Source: Antedon mediterranea (taxonomy: Eukaryota; Animalia; Echinodermata). From it: DNA of 64,000 nucleotides. The notes below the pieces were generated by a model that was not told where the DNA came from, ran no database searches, and worked only from the letters and a program-made list of their open reading frames with translations. The translations under genes and the position numbers were made by a program. The DNA lies in assembly GCF_964355755.1 (NCBI RefSeq), contig NC_092678.1, forward strand, positions 4,604,422-4,668,421. Direction: 5' to 3'. Positions 37,747 to 60,000 of this stretch are shown piece after piece (the stretch's first letter is position 1; each line of letters begins with the position of its first letter).

Positions 37747-38755
37747 TTAATAGCAACAAATAAATTTACAATTTTGTTTTTTTTTGTTTTCATTTTAGAG
37801 TGTTGATGTCTTGTTGCAGCTCGGTACTGTTTGTGTTCTCAAGATCTGTAATCTTAACGATGTCTGCTTTTTCTATTTCGTTTTTGTGTATAAATTTGTA
37901 AATTATAAATTATTATATTTGAAAGTGTTTTGGTTCAGCAAATTATTTCTATTTAAAGAAGTTTAACTCATATGTATTCCTCTAAAATGGCTGAATATGC
38001 TTTGTGATTGGAATGGTATCCTAATCCAAATGTTACAATGTCTCATTTCCTTGTAAATCATTCCTCTCCCCATCCCCACTCTTTACCCTATGTAAGTTTT
38101 GTACTACTTGTTCATTCCAAGTTTCAATAACCAGAAGTAGTTGGTTTTTTAATGTCTATGTACACATATTCATCTAAGAGGAACATTTTTTATTTAACGT
38201 GTTGAAATTTAATTTGTTTAGTTTCAACCATTTTTATCAAATTTTATTTATGAATTTTGGTTATTTAGTATTATTTTGAGAGACTGATAACAAACTGCAC
38301 AAACTCTAGAATACATTCTGAAAATGTGTTTTAAATTTCTTTCTACTGTGTTTTTATTTTGTATGAAAATCACCCAAATTCAAAGCTTTAGCAAGACATA
38401 CATGTCCAGGGCACAATTAAGTACTTGCCTGTGTTGATGACTTGATAGCCTATTGTGACAAAAGAAGCCAGGAGAGTTGGGGTTGATCAACTTTTGAGCC
38501 TAACAAGAATTTAAGCCTAAAGTTACAATTGCTGTTTTAAAGACCAAATATGTTTTAAAATTGTGTGTGAAACTTAAGTAAAACTGTTAATTATTATTAT
38601 GCTATCATAATAAGTTGTATGATTTAATCTATTCTATAATTTGATTGGTTGGATAATAGTAATCTCATTATTCTATTGCCAGACTTATTGCCAGGTTGAC
38701 TGTCATTTTTATATCATTTTATAAAGTAGGGGGGAGACATTATATCATTATTATA

Positions 38756-39315
38756 TACTCTACATGTTGCACTCAATTCAAGTGCCCCTCTACTCTACAT
38801 GTTGCACTCAATTCAAGTGCCCTTTTACTCTACATGTTGCACTCAATACAAGTGCCCCTCTACTCTACATGTTGCACTCAATACAAGTGCCCCTCTACTC
38901 TACATGTTGCACTCAATTCAAGTGCCCCTTTACTCTACATGTTGCACTCAATTCAAGTGCCCCTCTACTCTACATGTTGCACTCAATACAAGTGCCCCTC
39001 TACTCTACATGTTGCACTCAATTCAAGTGCCCCTCTACTCTACATGTTGCACTCAATTCAAGTGCCCCTCTACTCTACATGTTGCACTCAATACAAGTGC
39101 CCCTCTACTCTACATGTTGCACTCAATTCAAGTGCCCCTCTACTCTACATGTTGCACTCAATTCAAGTGCCCCTCTACTCTACATGTTGCACTCAATACA
39201 AGTGCCCCTCTACTCTACATGTTGCACTCAATTCAAGTGCCCCTCTACTCTACATGTTGCACTCAATTCAAGTGCCCCTCTACTCTACATGTTGCACTCA
39301 ATACAAGTGCCCCTC
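38756..39315. repeat. 35-bp minisatellite, 16 units
   Basis: TACTCTACATGTTGCACTCAAT(T/A)CAAGTGCCCCTC, near-perfect, no spacers. Confidence 0.97.
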
Positions 39316-39896
39316 TAAATTTAGTAGTACTGCTGAAATCCCCTAGTGTGCTGTTTTTAATACACCAAATAGCATTCCAATCCCGTTGACTAAATTAAAT
39401 CAAAAAGTACTAAGTTTAGTAAAAATTAAGATTTCACGAACCAATCATGTCAAACAAGGTTTTAGTTGCTTATTATAAGAACACTTATCATTGGATGTTG
39501 CTATGTAATTTTTGGTTGGGTATCAACCAATCATGTTTCAGCATTCTAACTAGCGACTTCATTTGATTGGTTCTTGGTTGATAAATGTTTTCGAACTTTG
39601 CTGTCTTTCGTGATTTAATATATTTCAGCAACTAAAAGGCAAAATAATCGTTTTACTTTGCTATATAAAAAGCGACAACTTTTGTTCAAACACTACCATT
39701 TATAAGATAAATGGTTAAAGTTGTCTTATGATATTGGTGAAGTAATTTATAAAGAACATTAAGACATGTTCCATTACTTGAATGACCTTTTTAGTTCGTG
39801 AAAAGTAAGTTGAATTTAAATTTTAAAATGTCAAAACCGGTGCTTTGGATACAAAAACAGTAACAGACTTTTACTGTTTCTACTGTATAATTAATG

Positions 39897-39990
39897 TGTT
39901 CAGACTGTCTTTAAGAGTCTGTTCAGACTGTCTTTAAGAGTCTGTTCAGACTGTCTTTAAGAGTCTGTTCAGACTGTCTTTTAAGGGTTC
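39897..39990. repeat. 23-bp tandem repeat, about 4 units
   Basis: TGTTCAGACTGTCTTTAAGAGTC. Confidence 0.9.
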
Positions 39991-40796
39991 ATTCAGACTA
40001 TAGAGTATTGTCTTTTCGAAGTAATTACGCATCGTGCATAAAAAACATGAACCTTTTTGTTTTGGGATAAAAACGGAGGTAGCCCTACTTATTAATCTAT
40101 AAATTGAAAAATCCCGAATGATGGGAGGGTCAAAATGAAAGCTGGTCTTTTATTAAAGTATTTGTTAAAGATGTATATTAACATGGTAAAATGATGTTGT
40201 AAGGTAAATTGTATTGAATTTTATAGCTGTTGTGCTGCTTGTGTCGTCGGCGGCGGGAGCAATGTATGTTAAATATTGGTCGATATTTTGTCCCGTCGTC
40301 GTACCTGTACAGAGAGTTAAATTGTTTAGCACACTGTGTGTGCGAACCAAATAAATAGATAATAATGATGATAACCATTTGTGGTTGAAATGTTTCTTTT
40401 TATTTTTACGATTGTTTTCTGCATTAACGATATTTTTCGTGGTACCACGATTACTTTAATTGCTCATGCTATACATCATAATTGTTTATGGCGATTATAT
40501 TATTAATGATCATATTAATTAGCAATGATAATGGTCAACAATATACTACTAAAATAAAAAGAATATTTATTAAGGTATTTTTATTATAAATTTAATAAAG
40601 AACGCGCTTTCTCATAAGGGCTTAAAATAAAGTGTGTCAATATTTATCCTAAATAAGTTATCCTAAATTCGTTCTGTACCTATACAGATAATATGATACG
40701 GTTTACTGTGGGCCTGCCATTATAATTATGATAATAATCTAGTATAAATTCAGTAATATTAATTAAATAAGTGAAAGTTATTGCATTCATTTTCAA

Positions 40797-41130
40797 TATA
40801 TATTCAATAAACTTTATTGTCAAACTCATGAATGGCATTAAAATTGTCTAAAAACAGTGTCGCACAAACAGTAAAAAAGAATAAAATAACATAAAACTGA
40901 GAACAAGTTAAAAGAGGGTACAAAAAATACAAATTGAGTTAAAAATACAGCTAAAATACTTTTTACGTTTATCTTTTCCACGTTACATTAAAATGCCTCA
41001 TAGCAGATGGGAGAAAGGATCTACGTAGGCGTTCAGTGTTCCAGCGAGGATATGTAATGCAGCTTAACGTAATGTACTGGGTAAGGGGGTGGCTAACATC
41101 TGACATAATAATTTATTTGTAAGTGCGTTG
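40797..41130 (-). mobile_element. 3' end of a Rex1/Babar-like (L2/CR1 group) LINE
   Basis: Minus strand encodes IMSDVSHPL...ITYPRWNTERLRRSFLPSAMRHFN, typical of the RT ORF C-terminus in this group, then a T-rich 3'UTR ending caataaagtttattgaa. Confidence 0.7.
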
Positions 41131-41143
41131 TTTTAGTATTTAA

Positions 41144-41452
41144 AGATGTATTGTCCCCCCCAAAACATGAAAAATTTGAATAGGTTTTTTTGTAGTTTTA
41201 ATAAAGTTAATCACTTCCGTAGATCAAAAAAATGTTTACTTATAAAATAACATACTGAATGGTTAAATTCAACCAAAAATCCATTGACTGGCAGCCAATT
41301 TGAATATTGTTCTTAAAATTACAGTTTTTTCAGGTAAATAAATTTTGTTTAGATCCTATTTTTGGTCAAAGTGGATAACTACTGTGTGACATTAAAATGC
41401 CATATTCAACAAAAAAATTGTAAAAATTATTTTTCTTGGGGGCAATACATCT
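41144..41452. mobile_element. Kolobok-like MITE
   Basis: TTAA|AGATGTATTGTCCCCC ... GGGGGCAATACATCT|TTAA; TTAA TSD with AG...CT termini. Confidence 0.8.
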
Positions 41453-41793
41453 TTAAGGAGTACTTTATGTTATTCTATGCTATAGAGGGCGGCCTATAGC
41501 CACCGTTTAAAATATAAACAGCGACCTCTATTTAGTTAATTGAATTTCACAGTGTTTGTGATGAATTTAGAAAAACTAAAAAACACGTTTAATTTACTTG
41601 TTTTCATAAATATTTTCAGTGGAATTAGTATATTATCTAAATTTATTTTTATATAATGTTTTAAGATAAAGATATATCTTATATTTTGGTATTTTTTATT
41701 AGTATAAATTAAATAACAGGAAAGAGGCTAGTAGGATTGTTTACTCCATACGGGTTCTTCGCGTCCCTCCCAGTATTGTGGGTAAGAAACAAC

Positions 41794-51286
<9,493 letters not shown>

Positions 51287-51883
51287 GATGATGTCGCTGA
51301 TTTGCTAAGTAACAATCTGTTCAACCAATCATGAACTTTTTACTTGGTTGAACAATTGATAAATAATTTGAATAGAATCAATTTCTGTAAATACTATGTT
51401 TTTAAAGATATAACTACTTATGTCAACGTTTCACTTTACCCTTTGCTGACATCATAACTGGAGTCAGTTCAGTATTATATTTTGTGATCTTCCTGGAAAT
51501 GTGTATCTCCCCCCCCCCCCCCCCCCGTTCTGGTAACAACCAACATGTTAATTTGACCTTTCAACCCACTACCAGTTTGGGGTCGCCTGAATTTGGTAAA
51601 CATTAAGATAAGTGATCAGCAATTTGATTTGGTTGAATTTCAAATTAATGTATGATAAATTGTAGGTTTTTTTAAGTGAGACTTATAACCTATTTGTAAA
51701 TAGTATTAACGACTTAGATTAGTAAACAGACATGTAAACAAAACGATTATCGAATGTCAATATCCTTGTTGTAAGTTGAGCTTTAGTCAACTGTGTTGGC
51801 TCAGTGTATAAAGGCTTATTTCACTCCCTTATTAAAAGGAGATAATATGTACAACTGTAGTGCTAATGATTAGTTACTGTAAA

Positions 51884-52492
51884 CTAGCTACATGAGGGAG
51901 GGTGTGATGACATCACTAGCTACATGAGAGTGTGATGACATCACTAGCTACATGAGGCAGGGTTTAATATGACATCACTAGCTACATGAGGCAGGGTTTA
52001 ATATGACATCACTAGCTACATGAGGCAGGGTTTAATATGACATCACTAGCTACATGAGACCGGGTGTGATGACATCACTAGCTACATGAGGCAGGGTTTA
52101 ATATGACATCACTAGCTACATGAGACCGGGTGTAATGACATCACTAGCTACATGAAGAAGGGTGTGGTGACATCACTAGCTACATGATAGTGTGATGACA
52201 TCACTATCTACATGAGGGTGTGATGACATCAATAGCTACACGAGAGTGTGATGTCATCAATAACTACATGAGGCAAAGTGTGATGACATCACTATCTACA
52301 TGAGGGTGTGATGACATCAATAGCTACATGAAGAAGGATGTGGTGACATCAATAGCTACATGAGAGTGTGATGACATCACTATCTACATGAGGGTGTGAT
52401 GACATCAATAGCTACATTAGGGTGTGATGTCATCACTAACTACATGAGGGTGTGATGACATCACTAGCTACATGAGGCAAAGTGTGATGACA
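51884..52492. repeat. 28-35-bp minisatellite, about 20 units, downstream of the HCF stop
   Basis: Core GTGTGATGACATCACTAGCTACATGAG with variable linkers; two more units at 50511-50557 in an HCF intron. Confidence 0.95.
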
Positions 52493-53627
52493 TTCATTTT
52501 AGTACCTCAATGCTATAATGCCTGATTTTAGTTATTATTTTGTGCTTTTTTATGCAAGTTGCTTGTGTGTGAACCTGATCTGCATCTTCACATGGCTTGG
52601 TTTAACAAATAAGTCTATAGTACACCATCCTTATTATGGATAATGGTGATAATAATGGTGTATGTATGCACTGTGTCGTTTTTAGTGTTAAAAGATGATG
52701 ATTTGTAAATATTGTAAAAATATACTATTTTGGGGATTTCTTCTTAAAAGATGGCCATGGTTTTGAGTTTAATTAAAAGTATCCCCCAGTTTGTAGACAA
52801 TTCTTCTTAACAGTTTATTTTTCTATGTTTTTTTTTTTCGCTGACTGTAAGTGTAACATAAGGTCATTGGGTTATATTACAACAGACAATTGGCATTTTT
52901 TGTTTTCTATTTCTCTTAAGTACAGTAGTTGTGAATTGTTAAATATGTTTTCAAAATCAATTTGAATCGGATTGAGAAAACTTACTTTAAGAAAACTCTG
53001 GACACAAGACTGATACAGTACATCCATTGTTCATGCAAGTATAAGTATAATCTAATTCGTGCCAAATTTCGTACCAAGTTATATTTGGTACTTGTCCAAT
53101 TTACTGCCATAAGGTTGAACCGTGGTAACCATCCATTTATCGTAAATACCACATATACCACAAATATATTGTTTTTGTATTTAATATAAATCTCAATCTC
53201 ACTACTGTAACCTTTGACCTTTTGTAGAAGGTTGTTGATCAGCTTCTGTCTGTGTTTTGTAAATAGTGTTTTTTTCGCATTCTTATTGTAAAATATAAAA
53301 GTAGGTAAGGTAGATCCACTGTTTTTTAAAACTTAAAAAAATGAGGATGTTCTTTATGGAACAATGAGGTCAAAGGTGGATTTTCAGATTGATGACAGCA
53401 TTGTATCTCGTTTGCATGCAATACTATTTGGCGCAAGGATTTTTTGGAGGGGTTATTCTACGTTTCATTACCGAATTGGTAACCCTACTAGTACCCCTGC
53501 TATTGTTATTAAATGCTGTATACTATTATAACGTATTAATAGTCTCCTTTTAGAACATTGTTTTTGGTATTTTATTCAAAATATTCTCATCCAACTATAC
53601 AGTTAGGCTGGTATCTTGTGTATTTTC

Positions 53628-53633
53628 AATAAA
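53628..53633 (+). terminator. Candidate HCF polyadenylation signal
   Basis: AATAAA followed by a GT/T-rich tract; ATTAAA variants also at ca.51831 and 52772. Confidence 0.45.
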
Positions 53634-53866
53634 TACTCTTTGAGAGGGAATTGTGACTTTTGTACAATGTTTTATTTTTTGTAATGACAGATGAAAACAT
53701 AAAAATTAATAATTATGATCGATTGGTACGAGAAACTTAATTGTTAAAACTTAATTACTAGGCTACATATAAAAATATACATTTGCTTTAAATACTGTGT
53801 TTATAATAATAGTACTACACTAAAATTGTTTTTATATAATTATTTATGCTTTTTATATGCAGTGCT

Positions 53867-53946
53867 GATGGAAGAGCCAATTTGTTACGTAACAGATGGA
53901 AGAGCCAATTATGTTACGTAATCATCACGTGAGATATTGTGTCACC
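53867..53946 (+). promoter_or_regulatory. PXK proximal promoter: duplicated CCAAT + TTACGTAA module followed by an E-box
   Basis: GATGGAAGAGCCAAT..GTTACGTAA twice (TTACGTAA at 53885 and 53914), TCACGTGA at 53925, 93 bp before the ATG. Confidence 0.6.
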
Positions 53947-54024
53947 GACCGATATTTTGCTGCCAACTTCGCGACGAGGCGCTAACTAAAGCATGGTGAA
54001 AGTTATGTTATTTAAATACTGAAA

Positions 54025-57000
54025 ATGGCAGTTTTTGAGAAAAAGAAGTCAACAAAAGTAACACTTGATGATACTGTTCCGTTGACATGTTTAATTGAAA
54101 CGGCACAAAATGTTCAAACACACACAGTAAGTATGTTTATTCCTCATAAAGTCCTAGGCCTAGCCTCTAGTCAGAGTCTCTTTTTATGACACGGGTCATA
54201 CTAATCTACGCCAGGCGAGTTCAGGCAGTGCGCAGGTTAGTATGACTCTGTGACACGGGCCTGACCTGATCTTGCTTTAGCTGTCAGTAATTCTTCCTAC
54301 ATGGTATAGGCTAAACTTATATTTCCAATGACTGTTTTTGTTTCAACTGTTTAAAACATACTGTTACATGAATTTAGAACATAGATAGGCCTAGGTCTAG
54401 GCTTGGGAAATTCCAAGTTTTTTTGCAGCAATTATTAATTTCTTTGCCCGGACCTAAGGCCTAGAGTAGAACATAGCTTAAACATTTTTTTTAATTATTT
54501 AGGATTATGTCATCAGAGTGCATAGAGGACCCTCTCTTGAAAATAGCTGGCAGGTATGTTTTACATCTATTTGTTAATAATATGCTTTATTTAAACACGA
54601 AAACTTGGCTCAACTAGGTAGCAGTTGTTTTTCTGCAAAGCCGTGTATAAAAACAAAAAGTTCACAAACAAAAATCTTACATTATACTGAAATATTAATA
54701 CTAATAAACAATCTTATTCTTAACTACTGTTTTTTGCTTAAAAATAACTACTGAATAGATTAAAAATAAAACTGGCAGGATATAATGTTTCCATTAAAAT
54801 AGGCCTACACATTAAATCTTTATAAAGTTGGCATAATTTGTTTTTTAAATAAAGAAATAGTTTGGACATTTTTAAGATATATAATTTAATATTAATAATA
54901 ATGGTAAAGAAAACAATTAAAAAAGAATTAAGAATATAAAATAAAGGGGACAAAACTTATTAATTGATATTAATTTCTTTTGCAGATAAACAGAAGATAC
55001 AGTGATTTTGTATTCCTGAATGACAACCTGAAGGTCACTGGCATAGAATTCCCACTGCCGCCTAAGAAAGTGTTCGGGAACATGGATCGTGAATTCATCG
55101 CGGAGAGACAGATCGGCTTACAGACTTACTTGAACGTACTCCTCCAACATCACATGGTATCAACTAGCTATTTCTTCCGCAAGTTTCTGGACCCTTCGAA
55201 TCACCCGCCAAATTTACATGGTATGATATATCATTATTTTTCATTTCAAATGCTAAATTAAACAATATTAAACAGCTTGATGAAACTGTCTTGAAACCAG
55301 AGGAAAATTTTTTAACTCAATATTAAAAATCATTTTTAAAATATATACTCGTAATTTTGCTAGGAACAAATTTAACATTAAAATTTTATCATGTAAATTT
55401 AGATTAGTATGTTTCTTGTTCTATCTTTTGGTTGAGAGTCAGTACATGTAAAAATACTGCTGTTGCTAAATTCTATACATTACATAGAAAATGACACTAG
55501 AAAACATTGTGTTTTTATTTGTTGTATTTTGTGTACTGTACCATTACAGTACATGTTCTGTGCTCATATTCAAACTGAATGCGAATCCATACTATGTACA
55601 TTTTATGCTTGAGTACATCATTTATTATTTAAATTTATAGCGTTTATAGAAACCTTTGAATCAGATTCTATGAATCGCATGTAAAACAGATAATAAAGAA
55701 AAGCCTTAGTGAGGTTTTAAAGGGATTAATATAGGTATTGATAAAATCCATAAGGTAATGTTATACATTGGGCCCATCCAGCCTGTATATGCCCCTTTCC
55801 CATAATTATAATGACATCTAAAGCCATTTACAGGGGCATATTAAGTGCAGGACACAGTGAAGTTACAAGCAGGGCATTCTAGAAGTCCTTAAGACCTTTG
55901 AGTTTCATTACAATATATATTTAATAGAGAAAATCGAATACAATACAATTGTGACTAAACGCAAAAAAATCTAACAGATAATGCATCTATTAATAATGCA
56001 TTTAAAGTCCCCAGGCAGGCAGTGACATTTACACATTTTAAATCAATCCCTAAATTACATTTAGTTTCAATATGGTGCATTTATTTGTTGAATGTGGCTA
56101 GCATGGAAACGTCCACATTTTTATCTTTAATTTAATTTGGAGTTTGGACAGAGAAAAACTAACAGTATATTAGTCATATTTGATTTATAATGTTTAAAAA
56201 TGTTTCTTCAACTTAAATATGTATTAAATGTTATTCATACTTAGTCATTAAATGTTTCAATTTCAAGTTTATTACTTTAGTAATTTTATTTGTTATTTCA
56301 AATGTTTACAGAAATGTTTTCATGTAGCCTGTTGGTTTTCTTAATGTATTGATCCAATAACTGACTTCCTAAGTCAAAGGTCATAACCTCAATTTGCCTC
56401 CAATATGGTTTTTCTATCGAGTCACTTCCCCTTGTAGCTTGCATGGTTATATTGCCTTATATGGAAGTTGTATTGTCTTATATAAGCATCAACTATGTAC
56501 GTACCTCAATAAAAATTGGAAACTGGGCAATTAGTAAAATAATATATTAATTGACATTCTCAAAAATCGCTGAATAACAAAACTATACTATTATTATATC
56601 ATACAGTACACACATGTTAAATCACTTGTCTTTGATCCTATGAACCTTTGATAAAGAATACATAATAATATTTCTTGACAATTAGTATAAAATATTAATT
56701 GACATTCTGAACAATTAATTAACTGAATAATAGGACAATACTGTTATATCATACAGTACACATGTATTTAATTACTTGACTGTGATCCAATCAAACTTTT
56801 GTGAAGAATACATAATGATATTTCTTGTGGTTTTTTTAAACAGAGGTTGCTCTACAACATGTTTCCATGTTTTTCCGATCAGAACCTCACTGGGAAGTGG
56901 TGGAACCACTGAAGGATATTGGATGGCGTCTCAGAAAGAGCTACTTTATGGTGCGCCCAAAAGATCAACCAAAAGTAAAACAGGTTCTTGCTTGGGTAAG

Positions 57001-60000
57001 TTCTTACAGAATCCATAATCTTTAGCTAATCCATTTATTAGCTAATCCAATAGCTACTGAACCTAATCCGATCTTTACCTAATCCAATCTTTTCCTAATC
57101 CATCCTTTACCTAATCCAATCTTTTCCTAATCCATCCTTTACCTAATCCAATCTTTCACTACTGTACAATCTTTAGCTTTTCTGTATATCAAAAAGTAAC
57201 TCCTGTTTTTTAAAATGTCATTGCAATTTTCAGAGTGATTTTGGACCAGATAAAACACTAGTGGACAAAGACTTAGTAGGGCTGATGAAGCTACTTCCAA
57301 CGTTACAACATCCATTCATTTATCCTGTGACATACGCATCAGCTAACGAATCAGGAGGACTCGCTATTCGAACATTCCATGCTACAGGCACACTACGTGA
57401 TTTCATCTGCAAGGTAATTCAGTTTTTGCTTTTGAATGTATTTGCTGATTTTTGTAGTATTACTATAGAGAGCTAACTAGGTGACCGTGAAGTGGTCCCT
57501 CTCCTTTATCTTTGTATTTTTTCCATAGATATACTATTAAACTACTAGAGAGTCAACTAGTTGACACCAAAGCGGTCCCTCCTATTATTACCATAGAGAT
57601 ACTGTACTATTAAACTACTAGAGAGTAAACTAGGTGACACCAAAGTGGTCCCTCCTATTATTACCATAGAGATACTGTACTATTAAACTAATAGAGAGTA
57701 AACTAGCTGACACCAAAGTGGTTCCTCTATATTATCTTTATATTATCTTCATAGAGATACTATTAAACAACTAGAGACACAACTAGGTGACATCAAAGTG
57801 GTCCCTCCTATTATTACCATAGAACTACTATTAAATTACTAGAGTCAACTAGGTGACATCAAAGTGGTCCCTCCAATTATTACCATAGAACTACTATTAA
57901 ACAACTAGAGACACAACTAGGTGACATCAAAGTGGTCCCTCCTATTATTACCATAGAACTACTATTAAATTACTAGAGTCAACTAGGTGACATCAAAGTG
58001 ATGCAGACAAGCTAGGAATGCAGCCTCTCCATTAGTGTCTTTGTATTATTTTATTTTGATATTTTGTTTGCAGGCTAAACCAAAGTTTCATTTTCTGAGA
58101 AAATACTGCAAACCAAAGTCTTTCACAGCTTTCAATCTGATGAACATAAAAACATATGGCCGACAAATCCTTGAGGTAAGGTTAATTTTTTCAAAAAGAA
58201 TATTAAATATATAAGAATTATTTTAAGAATTTTACACTAACATTTTCTACATATTATTAATCAATGATTTCTCTTTCTCGTGTACGTAGGCGTTAAAGTT
58301 CTTAAAAGAGAAAGGCTTTCCTTACGGCCACCTGCATGCATCAAACGTCATGTTAGAGGGAAACACCTGTCGTCTGCTAGATATTGAAAATAGTCTGCTA
58401 GGATTACCATCCTATTATAGGATGTATTTTACACAGTTTAAGAAGATTAATGTAAGTATATTAAGATATTTTTATGTAACAAAATAATGTGCCCATATAT
58501 AGACATGATGATGTCATATCAGTACCATATTTGAGCACAACACATTTTGTTACATGAAGTTTGATCGTGTAGACAGAGCTTAAGGTGTTCTAGAGTAGAG
58601 ATGTCTAGTAGGAGAAGGGTAATTTTGTATTCTATCAAAATCAAAACATTGATTCCGGTCAGTGTAATTCCAGCAATAATGTTGCTTTTGTATTTTTGAC
58701 AGACAATGGAAGCAGTTGATGTTTATTGTTTTGGACATTTACTTTATGAGATGGTTCAGGGTGAGCAACTGAATGCAGCAACCAAAGATGACTTTCCACA
58801 AACAATTTCTGCTCCAATTAGTAAGTACATTACACACTATCGTCAACAGTGGCGTAATGGCTATGAGCGCTCACTGGCTAAACCCAGGGGCTCCAGAGCT
58901 CAAAGGGCCCAAAGCATGAGCAGCCCAATGCAACTACCCAGCGTTGGAGGGCGCCTTAGGAGTGTTAAACCAGGGGCCTTTTCCACCAGTGTTACGCCAC
59001 TGCTTGCAGATTCTACAATTGACTTTGTACGCTTTCCCAATACTCTACTGGTAAAAATGTAACACATTGATTTATTGGTTTTATTTTAGAATCTGTTTTG
59101 GAATCAATTTTAAATACAGAATCCTGTAAAAGCAAATTACCTAGCATAGATGAACTGATAGCTGATCCGTAAGTTGTTAGTTCATTTGAATTGTTGAATA
59201 AACTAGGTCGTTTCAAACATGTTTTAGTCTTCATATTATTTAAACTTACTTATTGGTTGATTTTGTAACTATGGACATCCGTTTCAGAAATAAGAGTAAA
59301 ATGAACGAATGAATTAAAAGCAGTTAGCACACTTGTGAAAATATAATTTATTTGTCGTTTTATTTGCAGATTGTTTAGCGACGTACCAATGCCCGGAGGA
59401 GATCGTCCACAATTTAGAATTCCAAGTAAACTTAAAGAGTCTGTCAAGTTGTTTCAAGAAAATGGCATTGAGAAACGATTAAAAGAAGAACAGAAACAGG
59501 TATGTGATATTTGTCATTTGCAATTGTACTCTGCTCTGTTCCAAAATATGTGTATGGGTCTATAACACTAAAGCGTGGTTCCCACTAGAACGTGATTTAA
59601 CAGAGTGATGTATCGACGCAAGGTGCTGTATTGCGTAATCACAAGTGGGAACCGATGACGAAACAGTGCTGCAAACACCACAGTTTTGATTTCATGGGCG
59701 GGGGCGCAAACACAATTATCGGAAGGGCATTTTCTTATGTTGCGTAGTTTGCGTTGCATCGCTAGTGGGAACCACGCTTAAATACATTCAAGATGGCTAG
59801 GTACAATCAATAACTATATTATGATATTTTGTTTAAGTTACTCACTTTCACTATATCTTTAGATTTCATCGCATAGAAGAATTACAAAAGCACATGCCCA
59901 TCACAACTCAGCAGAGGAGAAGAAGAGGAGAAAGAAAGTGTCGATGAAAAAAAGGATGTCGGAACAAGCGCTAGTGGTAGATAAGACATCTGAGGCACCA

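Noticed and set aside
38696-39389. 35-bp array as a CRISPR array, or its three 184-216 aa ORFs as genes
   Set aside because: Units abut with no unique spacers, there are no cas genes and the context is eukaryotic; the ORFs are a by-product of a stop-free repeat unit.
40165-40450. CpG-containing patch with short minus-strand ORFs
   Set aside because: No splice structure or recognizable peptide; probably distal 3'UTR or intergenic DNA.
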